A DNA stretch of 64,000 nucleotides from Spirochaetota bacterium (GCA_025061835.1 JANXAC010000006.1:33181-97180), one strand, 5' to 3'; numbered from the stretch's first letter, positions 9,252 through 20,084 are shown. Numbers and translations are program-made. The notes: a model not told the origin generated them from the sequence alone.

Positions 9252-11744
9252 TCACTTTATTGTGTAGGTAGCGTAGTCGTCAAGTATTGTGAGTGAATTA
9301 TAGTTTGGATTAGGTAGAGGACCTGATGTTCCACCTGTTGTTGAGTTGTTAGCATTATTAAACGGTATAGCACAGTAAGCAGTCGCGGGGTAATTGTCTC
9401 CCGAAAAGAAAGCAAATATCTTTATCTGATCGTTCAAATTTAGACTTAAATAACTTAGAGGTAGAGATATCTCCACGAACTTGGTTGAAGAATTAGCAGA
9501 CAGTAATCCACCTACCGCTGAGTTTGTTATGTAGTAGTATGAACCATTAGCCCATACCACATATGCGTTAGTAAAGTGAAAATAACCGTTTGGGGGTGCA
9601 TACATGTGTATGAATAAATCGTAAAAAAGATTATTTGTCAGTACTACATTCTTCGCTAACCACGTAGTTAATACATTCGTATTTGTGAAAGATCTTGAGT
9701 TTAGATTAGTAGTTGGTGAGTCTATTGCTATATATAATGTATTTCCATAACCTCCTGCTACATTCACAGTTTCAAACGCTATGTAGATATTCGTTTGGTC
9801 GTTAGTGACATAAAGTCCCAGAAACCCTCCGAAGTCCCAACCTTTCGTTTCCGTTGTCGTGTTTGTCACAGAACCTGCTATTTTACAGTTGTTCCATATT
9901 GATTCCTTGTATCCATCCATCTGTATCCAACTAGATGAATTATTTGTGTCAGTATTACCTAATAAGAATACATAAGCGTTGTAAGTTGACGATATAGTGA
10001 GACCACTACCAGATAGGTTAACATTAATACTTTTCGGAGAGGATGAAAAGTTTGCTACTACAAGTATTGACTCATTCGTTCCTATCCTCATATATGCCAT
10101 AACTTGAGAGTCTGAAGTTGATAGTAGTTTGAAATCACCTCTTCTTAGAGATGGGAAGAATCTTCTTATATTGATGAGCTTCTTGTAATGGTTAAGCAGG
10201 GAATTTGGATCATTCAATTGATACGCAACATTGTATGGGTTAATATTATTTGCTAACTGTGTCCAAGGTGTTCCTGTTGTGAATCCTCCTTTTGATGTAG
10301 CATCCCAGTGCATAGGTGTTCTTTTGTCTATGTCTTCGCTATGTGTTCCTCTCCTTTTCATTCCTATTTCAGAACCATAATATACATATGGTGTTCCTGG
10401 GAATGTAAGAAGTAGAACAGCGGATAGGTACTGTTCATTCCAACCACCACCAAACTGGTCTGCCCATCGCCCGTGATTGAAGAATACATCATCGTGATTA
10501 TCCAAAAATGGAGCAAAGAATTTCCAAGGAACGGAAGAAGGTTTAGTATTTATCATATTAACAAGACTAGATGGTTCTTGATTTATTATTGACTGTCTTA
10601 CCGAATAAGCAAAATCAAAACTGAAGCAAGTGTCAAGTCTATTGTGATAACCAGATACAATTGAGTTATTCTCCCAAACTTCACCAACAGTATAGAAGTT
10701 ACTTTTAAGAGTTTTCATATAGTTATTGTATGCTTGTAGGAATTGCTTTGTTGGTAGTGTATCTCTTTGTCCTGGTCCAGGTCCTGTTTCAATTAGATAC
10801 CTTACCGCATCAAGCCTATATCCGTCAACTCCTTTTGCCAACCAGTTTGAGCCAATCTTCAGTAGTTCATTGGAAACAGCAGGATTGAGTATGTTAAGGT
10901 CTGGCATACCATCCCAGAACGCTCCGTAATATCTCATTCCTCTTGTTGGGTTCCAGTGCCAGACATTACTAGCAGAACCACCACCCCAAGCATACCCCCA
11001 TCCACTCAAAGATGACAACGAAACATTAGTCCAGACATACCAATTTGCCTTATCACCGTTATTGGCAGAGTTTATAAACCAAGGGTGAGAGGAACTTGTA
11101 TGATTTAGAACCATATCAAGTATTATTCTAACTCCTTTTTGATGTGCTTGTTGTAGGAGATTGTTGAATGATGTCAAGTTTCCATAGTCTGACTCTATTG
11201 AATAATAGTCAGTAGCATCATACCCATGGTATGATGGAGACTCAAATATAGGCAGGAACCATATAGCGTTAAAACCAATATTTGTTATATAATCCAATTT
11301 ACTTATTACACCGTTAAGGTCTCCATTCCCATCTCCATTAGAATCATAAAAACTTCTTACGAATATCTGATAAACTACAGCATCAAGATACCAAGAAGGA
11401 TCAGTATCAACAGAACCCGGTGAACCTAGATTGGATATGAGTATAACTTTAGCTTCATAAGGCGCTAAACTCACAGGGTAGCTTGAAAAGTTTGCAGTGG
11501 TCACAGTTGTATATTCAATAGTAGGCACAGATAAAACCACTGGTATGTTGTTTACATCATGATGCCCACTAGACCCCTGATTATTGTTGTTATTGTTTGT
11601 ATTGGTGATATTGTTTGTTTGTCCTGTTTGTTGTTGACTACTATTATTTTGCTGACTAACTTGAGCAGTATTACAAGAGACTACTGATAGTATTAGAATT
11701 AAGATAGTTGATAAAGTTAATACCATTAAGTTAAACGACCTCAT
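9252..11744 (-). CDS. GH13 alpha-amylase-family lipoprotein with C-terminal DOMON/CBM9-like domain
   Basis: Lipobox VVSC; YQIFVRSFYDSNGDG, DMVLNHTS, GYRLDAVRY, GEVW, DNHD catalytic regions; C-terminal MDG..W/LYVTND..NIYIAF/VEISLPL pattern. Confidence 0.9.
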   Translation of the reverse strand: MRSFNLMVLTLSTILILILSVVSCNTAQVSQQNNSSQQQTGQTNNITNTNNNNNNQGSSGHHDVNNIPVVLSVPTIEYTTVTTANFSSYPVSLAPYEAKVILISNLGSPGSVDTDPSWYLDAVVYQIFVRSFYDSNGDGNGDLNGVISKLDYITNIGFNAIWFLPIFESPSYHGYDATDYYSIESDYGNLTSFNNLLQQAHQKGVRIILDMVLNHTSSSHPWFINSANNGDKANWYVWTNVSLSSLSGWGYAWGGGSASNVWHWNPTRGMRYYGAFWDGMPDLNILNPAVSNELLKIGSNWLAKGVDGYRLDAVRYLIETGPGPGQRDTLPTKQFLQAYNNYMKTLKSNFYTVGEVWENNSIVSGYHNRLDTCFSFDFAYSVRQSIINQEPSSLVNMINTKPSSVPWKFFAPFLDNHDDVFFNHGRWADQFGGGWNEQYLSAVLLLTFPGTPYVYYGSEIGMKRRGTHSEDIDKRTPMHWDATSKGGFTTGTPWTQLANNINPYNVAYQLNDPNSLLNHYKKLINIRRFFPSLRRGDFKLLSTSDSQVMAYMRIGTNESILVVANFSSSPKSINVNLSGSGLTISSTYNAYVFLLGNTDTNNSSSWIQMDGYKESIWNNCKIAGSVTNTTTETKGWDFGGFLGLYVTNDQTNIYIAFETVNVAGGYGNTLYIAIDSPTTNLNSRSFTNTNVLTTWLAKNVVLTNNLFYDLFIHMYAPPNGYFHFTNAYVVWANGSYYYITNSAVGGLLSANSSTKFVEISLPLSYLSLNLNDQIKIFAFFSGDNYPATAYCAIPFNNANNSTTGGTSGPLPNPNYNSLTILDDYATYTIK

Positions 11745-11863
11745 ATGATACCTCCTAAATAATGTAATATATTACAATATAATTCTATAACGAAAATCAA
11801 GAATTCAACAAAAAATATTAATTAAGTTATCCAAGAAATCCAGAAAAATTATCAGCAGATAAC

Positions 11864-12760
11864 CTAAACATTTATCTTAAAACCGTATTTGACTAACGCA
11901 TCTTTGAGTTTTTGTGTGTTTTGTTCTGAAAGTTCTGTTAGAGGTAATCTTAGACTCCCGTCTTTTATGATGCCTACTAGTTCTAGAGCTTTCTTTATTG
12001 GTATAGGGTTAGTTTCTAGGAATAAGACTCTGTTTAGTATCTGAAGTTTTTTGTCAATCTCTTCGGCTTTCTTCACATCTCCCGATAGGTAAGAGTTTAT
12101 CATATCTGACATATCTTTTGGAACAATGTTTGCGGTGACCGATATAGCACCAACCCCTCCGATTTTCAGTATAGCAAGGTTTATACCATCATCTCCAGAT
12201 ATAAGGGCAAAATCAGGTTTGTCAACATACTCAAGTATATCCATACACTGCTTTATGTTTCCTGAAGCTTCCTTTATTCCTATAACATTCGGATTTCTTT
12301 TCACAATCTCTGCTAGAGTCTGTGGTTCAATGTTTATTACCGTTCTACTCGGGACATTATATGCAACTATTGGAAATCCTCCCGTCTCTTTTGAAACTGC
12401 GGTAAAGTGTTCTATTAACCCTCTTTGAGTAGGTTTGTTATAGTATGGTGCTATAACGAGTGCTGCGTCAGCACCTACTCTCTTTGCTTCGTTAGTGAAA
12501 TAGATTGTTTCATAGGTAGAGTTTGTTCCAGTTCCTGCTAGAACAGGAACTCGCTTGTTAACTTTTTTGACAACGAATTCAATTACTTTGATGTGCTCTT
12601 CATAATTTAGAGTAGGAGACTCCCCAGTAGTACCGCAAGGAACTATAACATCCGTCTTGTTGTTAAGGTGGAAATCAACCAAATACTCAAGTGTCTCCCA
12701 ATCAATATCTCCCCCCCTCTTAAAAGGAGTAACCAGAGCAACCATTGACCCTTTTAACAT
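11864..12760 (-). CDS. dapA: 4-hydroxy-tetrahydrodipicolinate synthase
   Basis: ALVTPF, GTTGES, YNVPSRT, GIKEASG and ETNPIPIK motifs; GGAGG SD before ATG 12760. Confidence 0.96.
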   Translation of the reverse strand: MLKGSMVALVTPFKRGGDIDWETLEYLVDFHLNNKTDVIVPCGTTGESPTLNYEEHIKVIEFVVKKVNKRVPVLAGTGTNSTYETIYFTNEAKRVGADAALVIAPYYNKPTQRGLIEHFTAVSKETGGFPIVAYNVPSRTVINIEPQTLAEIVKRNPNVIGIKEASGNIKQCMDILEYVDKPDFALISGDDGINLAILKIGGVGAISVTANIVPKDMSDMINSYLSGDVKKAEEIDKKLQILNRVLFLETNPIPIKKALELVGIIKDGSLRLPLTELSEQNTQKLKDALVKYGFKINV

Positions 12761-12890
12761 AAAACGACCTCCAATACGAAAAGAATATAAAGTAGTCATT
12801 CGTATTAAATCAAGAAAAATCCGATGAATATCAATGAATTTTGAAAATCCGACAAAAAGTCATCATAATATTGTATGAAATGAAGATTTT

Positions 12891-13931
12891 ATGAAGATAC
12901 TGAATGTAAAGTTTTTTGTAATACTAACATTAATACTCCTAGGTGGTTGTTACAATATCTTTTCCCCCCTTTTTCAAGATCCGGCAAATCAAGATCTGAA
13001 TACTATAAGTGATATAAACTTCTTGAACGATATGGGAGACTACTACTCCGACCTTGGTGATTACATAACTGCTAAAAAGTTCTACCAAAGAGCATTAGCG
13101 ATAAATCCCAACAGTTCAAGAGCACTAATAGGTGTAGCAAACTGTGAGATCTTCTTAGTAATATCTAGAACGAATATTCTAGGCTTCTATAATGAAATAG
13201 CATCTAGCGACTTTCCAGAATCAAACTACTCTGATTTCATTGATAAGTTTGTAACGAATAGTAAATATTACTCTGCTATTAGGGTTGTAAGTGCTAACCT
13301 AGGTAAAATCATATCAGGTAATTCTGATAACCCGAATTTAACAAATGATATAAACCTTCATTTTAATTTCAGTGTTTTCAACAAGTTAAATGGTTTCTTG
13401 CTTGCCCTTGACTCAGACAACAGCGGAGAGATAACATCTAACGATACAATTTATAACTTCCTCAAGAGAATGACAATCTCTTTTGATGATCCAATGATAA
13501 TCAACGATTATATCTTCTTTGGAGATGCTATAGATAGTGCTATGAAGACATTTTTCCGCGAAGGTAACAAAAGCATAAAATCTCTAGTCTTCATAACCAA
13601 CACTTTGAAATCAGGTGAGAATGCCATAGAGACACAACTTTTAAATACCTTTATATCAATAGATATTCAAATAACGAATGTCTATACTAACTTTCTGAGA
13701 TATCACAACTTTCACAAGCAAATGTTTAATAGAATAGTGTTTCTTCTAACTAATAACGGGATCCCTCTAGTGTATGCTACTAACATAGAAAGACTTACTA
13801 ATGCTCTCTCCATAAGCAACTATGCCGTATTTGATAATGAAACTATAACCAATATACTCACAACAAATAATAGTGATGCTTGGAGTATTTTAACAAACTA
13901 TCTGAATCTAAACGCTCTCACTAATCCTTAG
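12891..13931 (+). CDS. TPR-containing lipoprotein
   Basis: Lipobox LLGGC; TPR segment GDYITAKKFYQRALAINP. Confidence 0.75.
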   Translation: MKILNVKFFVILTLILLGGCYNIFSPLFQDPANQDLNTISDINFLNDMGDYYSDLGDYITAKKFYQRALAINPNSSRALIGVANCEIFLVISRTNILGFYNEIASSDFPESNYSDFIDKFVTNSKYYSAIRVVSANLGKIISGNSDNPNLTNDINLHFNFSVFNKLNGFLLALDSDNSGEITSNDTIYNFLKRMTISFDDPMIINDYIFFGDAIDSAMKTFFREGNKSIKSLVFITNTLKSGENAIETQLLNTFISIDIQITNVYTNFLRYHNFHKQMFNRIVFLLTNNGIPLVYATNIERLTNALSISNYAVFDNETITNILTTNNSDAWSILTNYLNLNALTNP

Positions 13932-13939
13932 GAGGCATT

Positions 13940-15145
13940 ATGAAAAATGGATTACTAGGTTTAGCAACGGTAATATTTTTCGCAATAGTATGTCAACACG
14001 CATTTTCTCAAGATGTAAGGTATGATATTGACTCTCCTCTTCCAACTACAAGGCAACTAGCATATGGTAATGCCAGGCTACTTTATCCTTTTGATGCACT
14101 TTCATTTCTGGAAAATCCTTCTATTCTTTCCTACACCAAGAAGAATAATTTTTTTCTAACCAAAATTTCGTTTTATAGTGGAGCAAGAGGTGGATATCTC
14201 TATGAAGCTCTCAATCTATCTTCATATAACCTAAACCCTACTCAATGGTCTGGATTTGATTGGACATCACTTTACAACTATTTTTTGAAAGACCCTTATG
14301 GTATCCTTCTTAATGCTGACCCTCAAGCAGGGATATTCGGTCCCCTAACCATAGGATACGTAGGTAATGGTATAGGAATAGTGTTGTATAATGATTTTTA
14401 CTCAAGTTTAGATCTAAAACAATCCCCAGGACTACCATACCTTGAAGTAAAGTCCTTCGCTGAAATAGGTGCTTCATTTGGGTTCAGCACATTTTTTGAG
14501 ATAGAAAAATTTTACACACTCCACACAGGTATATCTCTATCTTACTCCAAACGATACAAATCACCGTTCTTCTATGGTGCAAGTGTGCTAGAGGTTATGA
14601 ATTACTACCAATCCATCTTGAATAAAACATACGAATACGATTCTGGTGACTCCATTTGGGGTGATATAGGCATAATTCTTGATGATGGTCAATATCTAAA
14701 GTATGCTCTTACTCTCAACAATTTCTTTGGTAGAACTTTCTTCTGGAATAGAATAGCGTTTGATAATGGAAACGAAACCGCAAAAGGCTTGAAATACATA
14801 AGCTACATACCACCATCATTATCCTTTGGATTCATGTTCCATCTTGAGAAAATACCTTATATACCTACATTCCTGTTTGATAACTTCATGATTGAGATAA
14901 ATGTAAATGATATATTCAACTTTGGAGAGTTTTGGTTTAAGAAGTTCAATCTGGGGTCGGAGATATCTGTTCTAAAGATATTCAGAATACGAGGAGGGCT
15001 CAACCAAGGTTATTTAACTTTCGGATTAGGGATTGATATAAACTATCTGGTTATAGATTTGTCGTTCAATCAATACGAGAAAGGAGTATTACCAGGACAA
15101 CAACCTATTCAAGTTTTGTCAGCATCTGTGGAAATAAAAATCTAG
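13940..15145 (+). CDS. outer-membrane beta-barrel protein (FadL/TraF-like)
   Basis: Signal peptide; R.LAYGNA...NP plug motif; IRGGLNQGYLTFGLG; alternating C-terminal strands. Confidence 0.65.
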   Translation: MKNGLLGLATVIFFAIVCQHAFSQDVRYDIDSPLPTTRQLAYGNARLLYPFDALSFLENPSILSYTKKNNFFLTKISFYSGARGGYLYEALNLSSYNLNPTQWSGFDWTSLYNYFLKDPYGILLNADPQAGIFGPLTIGYVGNGIGIVLYNDFYSSLDLKQSPGLPYLEVKSFAEIGASFGFSTFFEIEKFYTLHTGISLSYSKRYKSPFFYGASVLEVMNYYQSILNKTYEYDSGDSIWGDIGIILDDGQYLKYALTLNNFFGRTFFWNRIAFDNGNETAKGLKYISYIPPSLSFGFMFHLEKIPYIPTFLFDNFMIEINVNDIFNFGEFWFKKFNLGSEISVLKIFRIRGGLNQGYLTFGLGIDINYLVIDLSFNQYEKGVLPGQQPIQVLSASVEIKI

Positions 15146-15582
15146 TGTTTCTTACATACATAATCAGCAACACAATAAGCAGCAAATGACTGAGGCTTAA
15201 ATACAGGCTTAAACCCTTGTGCTGACACATAACCAAAAGCTTCCTTTATCAATGAACTTGATATATGTGATGATGAAGTGTTTATATCAAGATGGACTTC
15301 TATAACCCTATCAGGAATGAGAGAATATATCATAATAGCAACCTCAACTGCTTTATAGACTTCCATCATTATCCTCTGTCTCAGAGAACTTATTCTAGGT
15401 GTTTTATCAACCTTCACAAAAACATTAGCACCTCTTGACCTGTCGTGATGAATAACAACTACAGTAGCAAATACACAGTGATCTTTTCTCTGAGAGGAGT
15501 CACAACCAATATATATACCCGTATGCAACGAGGTTTGACTTATCATATCAACTATTTCTTCTATATCCAAGTTACGAAACAT
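15142..15582 (-). CDS. RNase H-like YkuK (DUF458) family protein
   Basis: IYIGCDS, RIMMEV, EVHLDIN and KP..FAAYCVAD motifs; start placed at ATG 15582 by an upstream promoter. Confidence 0.8.
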   Translation of the reverse strand: MFRNLDIEEIVDMISQTSLHTGIYIGCDSSQRKDHCVFATVVVIHHDRSRGANVFVKVDKTPRISSLRQRIMMEVYKAVEVAIMIYSLIPDRVIEVHLDINTSSSHISSSLIKEAFGYVSAQGFKPVFKPQSFAAYCVADYVCKKH

Positions 15583-15715
15583 CTGGAATGTATTATCAAA
15601 AAACACCAGACCTGTTTCAACAAAAAATACCAAACTCTTGACAAACTTCAGCATTTATAAATTGCAAAAGGTTTGTAAAGACTTCTAAAATTTTTGACAT
15701 TCTTCTGGAGGTTCT

Positions 15716-16180
15716 ATGAAAGTTATATTACTAAAGGATGTGAAAGGGCTTGGGAAACTAGGCGAGATAAAGGAAGTTTCAGATGGATACGCTAGGAACT
15801 ACCTAATGAGGAATAAATTCGCTCTTGAAGCCACTGATAGTAATATTAGGTTTGTCAAGTCTCAGATAAAAGCGCTAGAAAAGAAGAATGAGAGAAAGTT
15901 AGAAGATGCAAAAGAGATCAAGGAAGCAGTTGAGAGTATAAGAGTGATAATCAAAGCAAAGGCTGGCGAAAGTGGAAGACTGTTTGGGTCTATCACTTCG
16001 GATAATATTGCAACAGCCTTGAAGGAACAACACAACATTGAACTAGATAAAAAGAACATAGAGATAGAAGAACCTATAAAACTTGTTGGAGATTATGTTG
16101 TGAATGTAAAACTTGGAATGAATATAACGGCAAAGTTAAGAATATCTGTGGAGGGAACTGATGAACAGAAAGATACCTAG
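15716..16180 (+). CDS. rplI: 50S ribosomal protein L9
   Basis: [21 protein letters not shown] and GRLFGSIT motifs. Confidence 0.97.
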   Translation: MKVILLKDVKGLGKLGEIKEVSDGYARNYLMRNKFALEATDSNIRFVKSQIKALEKKNERKLEDAKEIKEAVESIRVIIKAKAGESGRLFGSITSDNIATALKEQHNIELDKKNIEIEEPIKLVGDYVVNVKLGMNITAKLRISVEGTDEQKDT

Positions 16181-17654
16181 AACGATGTCAACTCAACACC
16201 CCGACAACGCCAATGTTCCATTCTTTTCAAACAGTCCTATTCTTCAAGGAGAGGATGAGATCAAAGAAGCATACTACGCATTTTCATACCTAGGTGTGCA
16301 TGAGGTGATGTGGGATGTTGAAGGGAAAGAAACGGACGAGTTTGTAATTAGAAAGTTGGTTTCGGACTATTCTGATTTCTTTAAGACCAACATAATAGGT
16401 AGAGATGTGTTCATAACGCTGAGAGTTCCTAATCCAGATTACGAAAAAGGAGAAGGAAAACTTCTCATAGAGACACTTGAAAGCATTCCAAGATCCTACG
16501 ATACATCTCAGGTATTCTACAAAGATCCTAGCATCGTTCCTATATTTGAAGTAATTGTCCCAATGGCTGATATAGAAACTATAAACAAGGTTTATTACTA
16601 TTACAAAAATATCGTTGTTGGAAAGGAAGATAAAATCTTTTCTGATACTAACCCCGATCTCAAGCTAAAGGACTGGATAGGAGAATTCAATCCTAAAAGG
16701 ATAAATGTTATACCACTATTTGAGGATATCAACCAGATTATCTCCTGCGATCAAGCAGTAAAGAAATTTCTAGAAAACAAACTGGATGAGATAGAATACC
16801 AGAGAGTTTTTATAGCAAGGTCAGATCCTGCAATGAATGATTCTTCCTTGAGTGTTGTAATAGCAATAAAACTAGCACTAGAAAAACTCTATGAACTACA
16901 GAAAAATATTGGAGTAGAAATTTATCCAATACTTGGTTGCGGAGCAGCACCATTCAGAGGCAACTTTTCACCAAGAACATACAGATTTGTTTTAGACAAC
17001 TATCCAAGCGTTGCTACCTTCACCATACAATCGGCGTTCAAATACGACTATCCTATAAGGGATGTTCAAAGAGCAGTAGAAAATATCAATCTAACCCCTA
17101 TTAAAACACCTGACTACCTGAGTAGTAAAGACAGACTTATAAGTATAATGAAAAAAAGTTCCGAAACATATCGTAGGCAATTACTGGAAATAGCCCCGAT
17201 AGTTAACAATCTTGCTGTTTTCGTTCCTAGAAGAAGAGCAAGAAAGATGCATGTAGGATTGTTTGGATACTCAAGACAGATAGATGAAGGTGTAACTCTA
17301 CCTAGAGTAATATCCTTCTGCGCTGTCTTATACTCTCTAGGACTTCCACCAGATATTCTCGGACTGAGTTCTCTAACAGAGGAGGATATGAAGTATGTTG
17401 AGATAGTCTTCCCTAGATTCAAAGAAAAGATATCTGAAACTCTTTCAATGTGGAACGAGGATGTATTGGACCTTCTTCCAGCTTCTATCAGAACTGAAAT
17501 TAAGGATACCGTTAAAAGGTTCAATTTCACTCCTAACAAGGATCACCTTGAATTCTCAAAGGATCTAGTTAAAAGAATAAAAGATAATAAACTGGATACT
17601 AAGATTACCGACTTGATAGTAAGTGCTGCTAAAATCAGAAACTTCTTAGGCTAG
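16161..17654 (+). CDS. ppcA: archaeal-type phosphoenolpyruvate carboxylase
   Basis: [41 protein letters not shown] and LPRVISF motifs; 497 aa. Confidence 0.93.
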   Translation: MNRKIPRTMSTQHPDNANVPFFSNSPILQGEDEIKEAYYAFSYLGVHEVMWDVEGKETDEFVIRKLVSDYSDFFKTNIIGRDVFITLRVPNPDYEKGEGKLLIETLESIPRSYDTSQVFYKDPSIVPIFEVIVPMADIETINKVYYYYKNIVVGKEDKIFSDTNPDLKLKDWIGEFNPKRINVIPLFEDINQIISCDQAVKKFLENKLDEIEYQRVFIARSDPAMNDSSLSVVIAIKLALEKLYELQKNIGVEIYPILGCGAAPFRGNFSPRTYRFVLDNYPSVATFTIQSAFKYDYPIRDVQRAVENINLTPIKTPDYLSSKDRLISIMKKSSETYRRQLLEIAPIVNNLAVFVPRRRARKMHVGLFGYSRQIDEGVTLPRVISFCAVLYSLGLPPDILGLSSLTEEDMKYVEIVFPRFKEKISETLSMWNEDVLDLLPASIRTEIKDTVKRFNFTPNKDHLEFSKDLVKRIKDNKLDTKITDLIVSAAKIRNFLG

Positions 17655-17687
17655 AAGACTGTTGTAAAATTTGTTTTCAAGCGTTTT

Positions 17688-18527
17688 ATGAAACTCACAA
17701 TAAGAGGCAGGGAATTCGATTTCAAGCATCACAAATATTGTATGGGGATTGTGAATATAACACCTGACTCGTTCTATCAAGGTAGTAGAGTAGATTTGAA
17801 TAACTTGCTTGAGGTTGTGAGCAGAATGGTAGATGACGGAGTTGATATTCTGGATATAGGTGGTGAATCTACACGACCGGGTTCTGAACCTGTATCAGTT
17901 GAAGAAGAAATGGATAGAGTCATACCTGCAATAATTGAAGTGAGAAGAAATTTCCAAAATCTACCTATTTCCATTGATACATACAAATCAAAGGTTGCAG
18001 AAGTTGCCTTACATAACGGCGCAGATATTGTAAATGACATATCTTCTGGAACTTTTGATGATAATATGATTGAGGTTGTATCAAAGTATAACTGTCCTGT
18101 AATACTTATGCACATAAAGGGAACACCAAAAAACATGCAGGAAAACCCCGAATACAAGGATACTGTGAGAGAAATAAAAGATTTTCTAAACCATCGCATA
18201 GATGCTTACGAAAGTAAAGGCATAAGACCAGAAAATATAATAATTGACCCCGGAATAGGCTTTGGCAAAAAACTGGAACACAACCTAACAATAATAAGAA
18301 GACTAGCAGAGTTTAAACAACTTAAGAAACCTATACTCGTCGGATTATCAAGAAAGTCTATGATAGGTATGATACTCGGTGGAATACCACCAGAAGAGAG
18401 ACTAACTGGAACTATAGCATTCAACACAATAGCACTCCTTAACGGAGCTTCTATTATCCGAGTGCACGATGTTAAAGAAGGAAAGCAAGTATGTAGAATA
18501 GTAGAAGAATACATAGGTAGAGTATAA
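17688..18527 (+). CDS. folP: dihydropteroate synthase
   Basis: MGIVNITPDSF, GGESTRPG, DPGIGFGK, SRKS and RVHDV motifs. Confidence 0.97.
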   Translation: MKLTIRGREFDFKHHKYCMGIVNITPDSFYQGSRVDLNNLLEVVSRMVDDGVDILDIGGESTRPGSEPVSVEEEMDRVIPAIIEVRRNFQNLPISIDTYKSKVAEVALHNGADIVNDISSGTFDDNMIEVVSKYNCPVILMHIKGTPKNMQENPEYKDTVREIKDFLNHRIDAYESKGIRPENIIIDPGIGFGKKLEHNLTIIRRLAEFKQLKKPILVGLSRKSMIGMILGGIPPEERLTGTIAFNTIALLNGASIIRVHDVKEGKQVCRIVEEYIGRV

Positions 18528-18627
18528 AAACCTAACACTATAGGTTTGGATTAAACTACTTAAAATAATAGGTTTTTATGTTTTTCCTAAAAGATGTTGA
18601 ATTGATGAAACAAATTTTAGTCCCAAA

Positions 18628-20073
18628 CTAGGATTTTAACTCTTTATACTCTCTAACAATCTCGGAAAGACCAGGTTTTGCGTCAGCGAATAACATAAGT
18701 GTGTTGTCGTTTATGAATAGAGGGTTTGGTATTCCAGCAAAACCAGGAGCTAAACTTCGTTTTATCACTATTACAGTTTTTGCTTTATCAACATCAAGTA
18801 TTGGCATACCATATATAGGAGTATCCTTTGCATCTCTTGCCATAGGATTGACAACATCATTAGCACCAACAACTATCGCAACATCAGTATCAGGTAGTAA
18901 CTCATTTGACTCCTCCATAGTCTTTAGTTTGTCGTATGGTATATCAACTTCAGCGAGAAGAACATTCATATGTCCGGGCATTCTACCTGCAACTGGGTGG
19001 ATAGCAAAATAAACTTCTTTACCATCCTTTGTAAGTTCGTTATACAAATCTCTCACAACTCCTTGCGCTTGGGCAACCGCAAGTCCGTATCCTGGAACAA
19101 CAGCAACACTACTAGCATTATCAAGTATCATAGCAACTTCCTCTGGAGTAGTTGATTTAATTCTACCTTGGTAGAACGACTTATCATCCTTTACACTTGC
19201 CATTTCTGGTGGTGTTATGTTCCCAAGAAGTATTCCGTAGAAGTCTCTGTTCATTGACTTCGCCATAATCCTTGTGAGTATTAGTCCTGAAGCACCAACC
19301 AAAGCACCAACCATTATAAGTCCATGATTCAGGAATACAAAACCAAGCGTTCCAGCAGACAGTCCAGCATAAGATATGAAAAGAGATATAACAACTGGCA
19401 TGTCCGCACCACCTACTGCAAGTGTTAGAGAAAGACCAAGAAGTGATGAAAGGATCAGTATTCCAAACATATAACTCAAATTGCTAGGGTCAAGCGTTAG
19501 AAGAACTCCGAAAACTATTATGCCAATTAGAAGCAAAAGATTTATAAAATTCTTTCCAGGTAATACGATCGGTCTTTCTGTTATGAGTTTCTGGAGTTTT
19601 GCAAATGCAACCATACTACCCCAGAATGTTATTGTTCCAACGAACATATCTAAAGCAACCGCACCGTGAAAATACATTGACTTCGTAGTTGCATCAAAAG
19701 GTAATTTCTCAACATTCGGTGGTAGTTTTCCTTTCAGAAACTCAACAATCGCAACCAAAGCGGATACTCCCCCACCAAAGCCATTCAGTATCGCAACGAA
19801 CTGCGGTATCGCTCGCATATCAACAAGGTAAGCAGATAAAACACCTGCTACAGACGCTAAAATACCTGCAATTATTATAAGTTCGTAGGATATAATACCT
19901 TTGTATAGAAGAGTAGCAACAACCGCAACAGTCATTCCAAAAGCACTCAACCAATTACCTTTCCTTGCAGTCCTAGCAGATGTTAGAAGTTTCAGACCGA
20001 ATATAAAAAATAAAACTGTGAAAAGATAAAAAACAGTTTGGTATTCAGTTGCTATATTTCTCAAAAAATCCAT
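18628..20073 (-). CDS. pntB: NAD(P) transhydrogenase subunit beta
   Basis: GGADMPVV, PGYGLAVAQAQ, IHPVAGRMPGHMNVLLAE and GANDVVNP motifs. Confidence 0.96.
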   Translation of the reverse strand: MDFLRNIATEYQTVFYLFTVLFFIFGLKLLTSARTARKGNWLSAFGMTVAVVATLLYKGIISYELIIIAGILASVAGVLSAYLVDMRAIPQFVAILNGFGGGVSALVAIVEFLKGKLPPNVEKLPFDATTKSMYFHGAVALDMFVGTITFWGSMVAFAKLQKLITERPIVLPGKNFINLLLLIGIIVFGVLLTLDPSNLSYMFGILILSSLLGLSLTLAVGGADMPVVISLFISYAGLSAGTLGFVFLNHGLIMVGALVGASGLILTRIMAKSMNRDFYGILLGNITPPEMASVKDDKSFYQGRIKSTTPEEVAMILDNASSVAVVPGYGLAVAQAQGVVRDLYNELTKDGKEVYFAIHPVAGRMPGHMNVLLAEVDIPYDKLKTMEESNELLPDTDVAIVVGANDVVNPMARDAKDTPIYGMPILDVDKAKTVIVIKRSLAPGFAGIPNPLFINDNTLMLFADAKPGLSEIVREYKELKS

Positions 20074-20084
20074 AACTTACCTCC

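Noticed and set aside
11575..11660. TTG/TTA-rich low-complexity tract
   Set aside because: Encodes the N/Q/T linker of the amylase lipoprotein; not an independent repeat.
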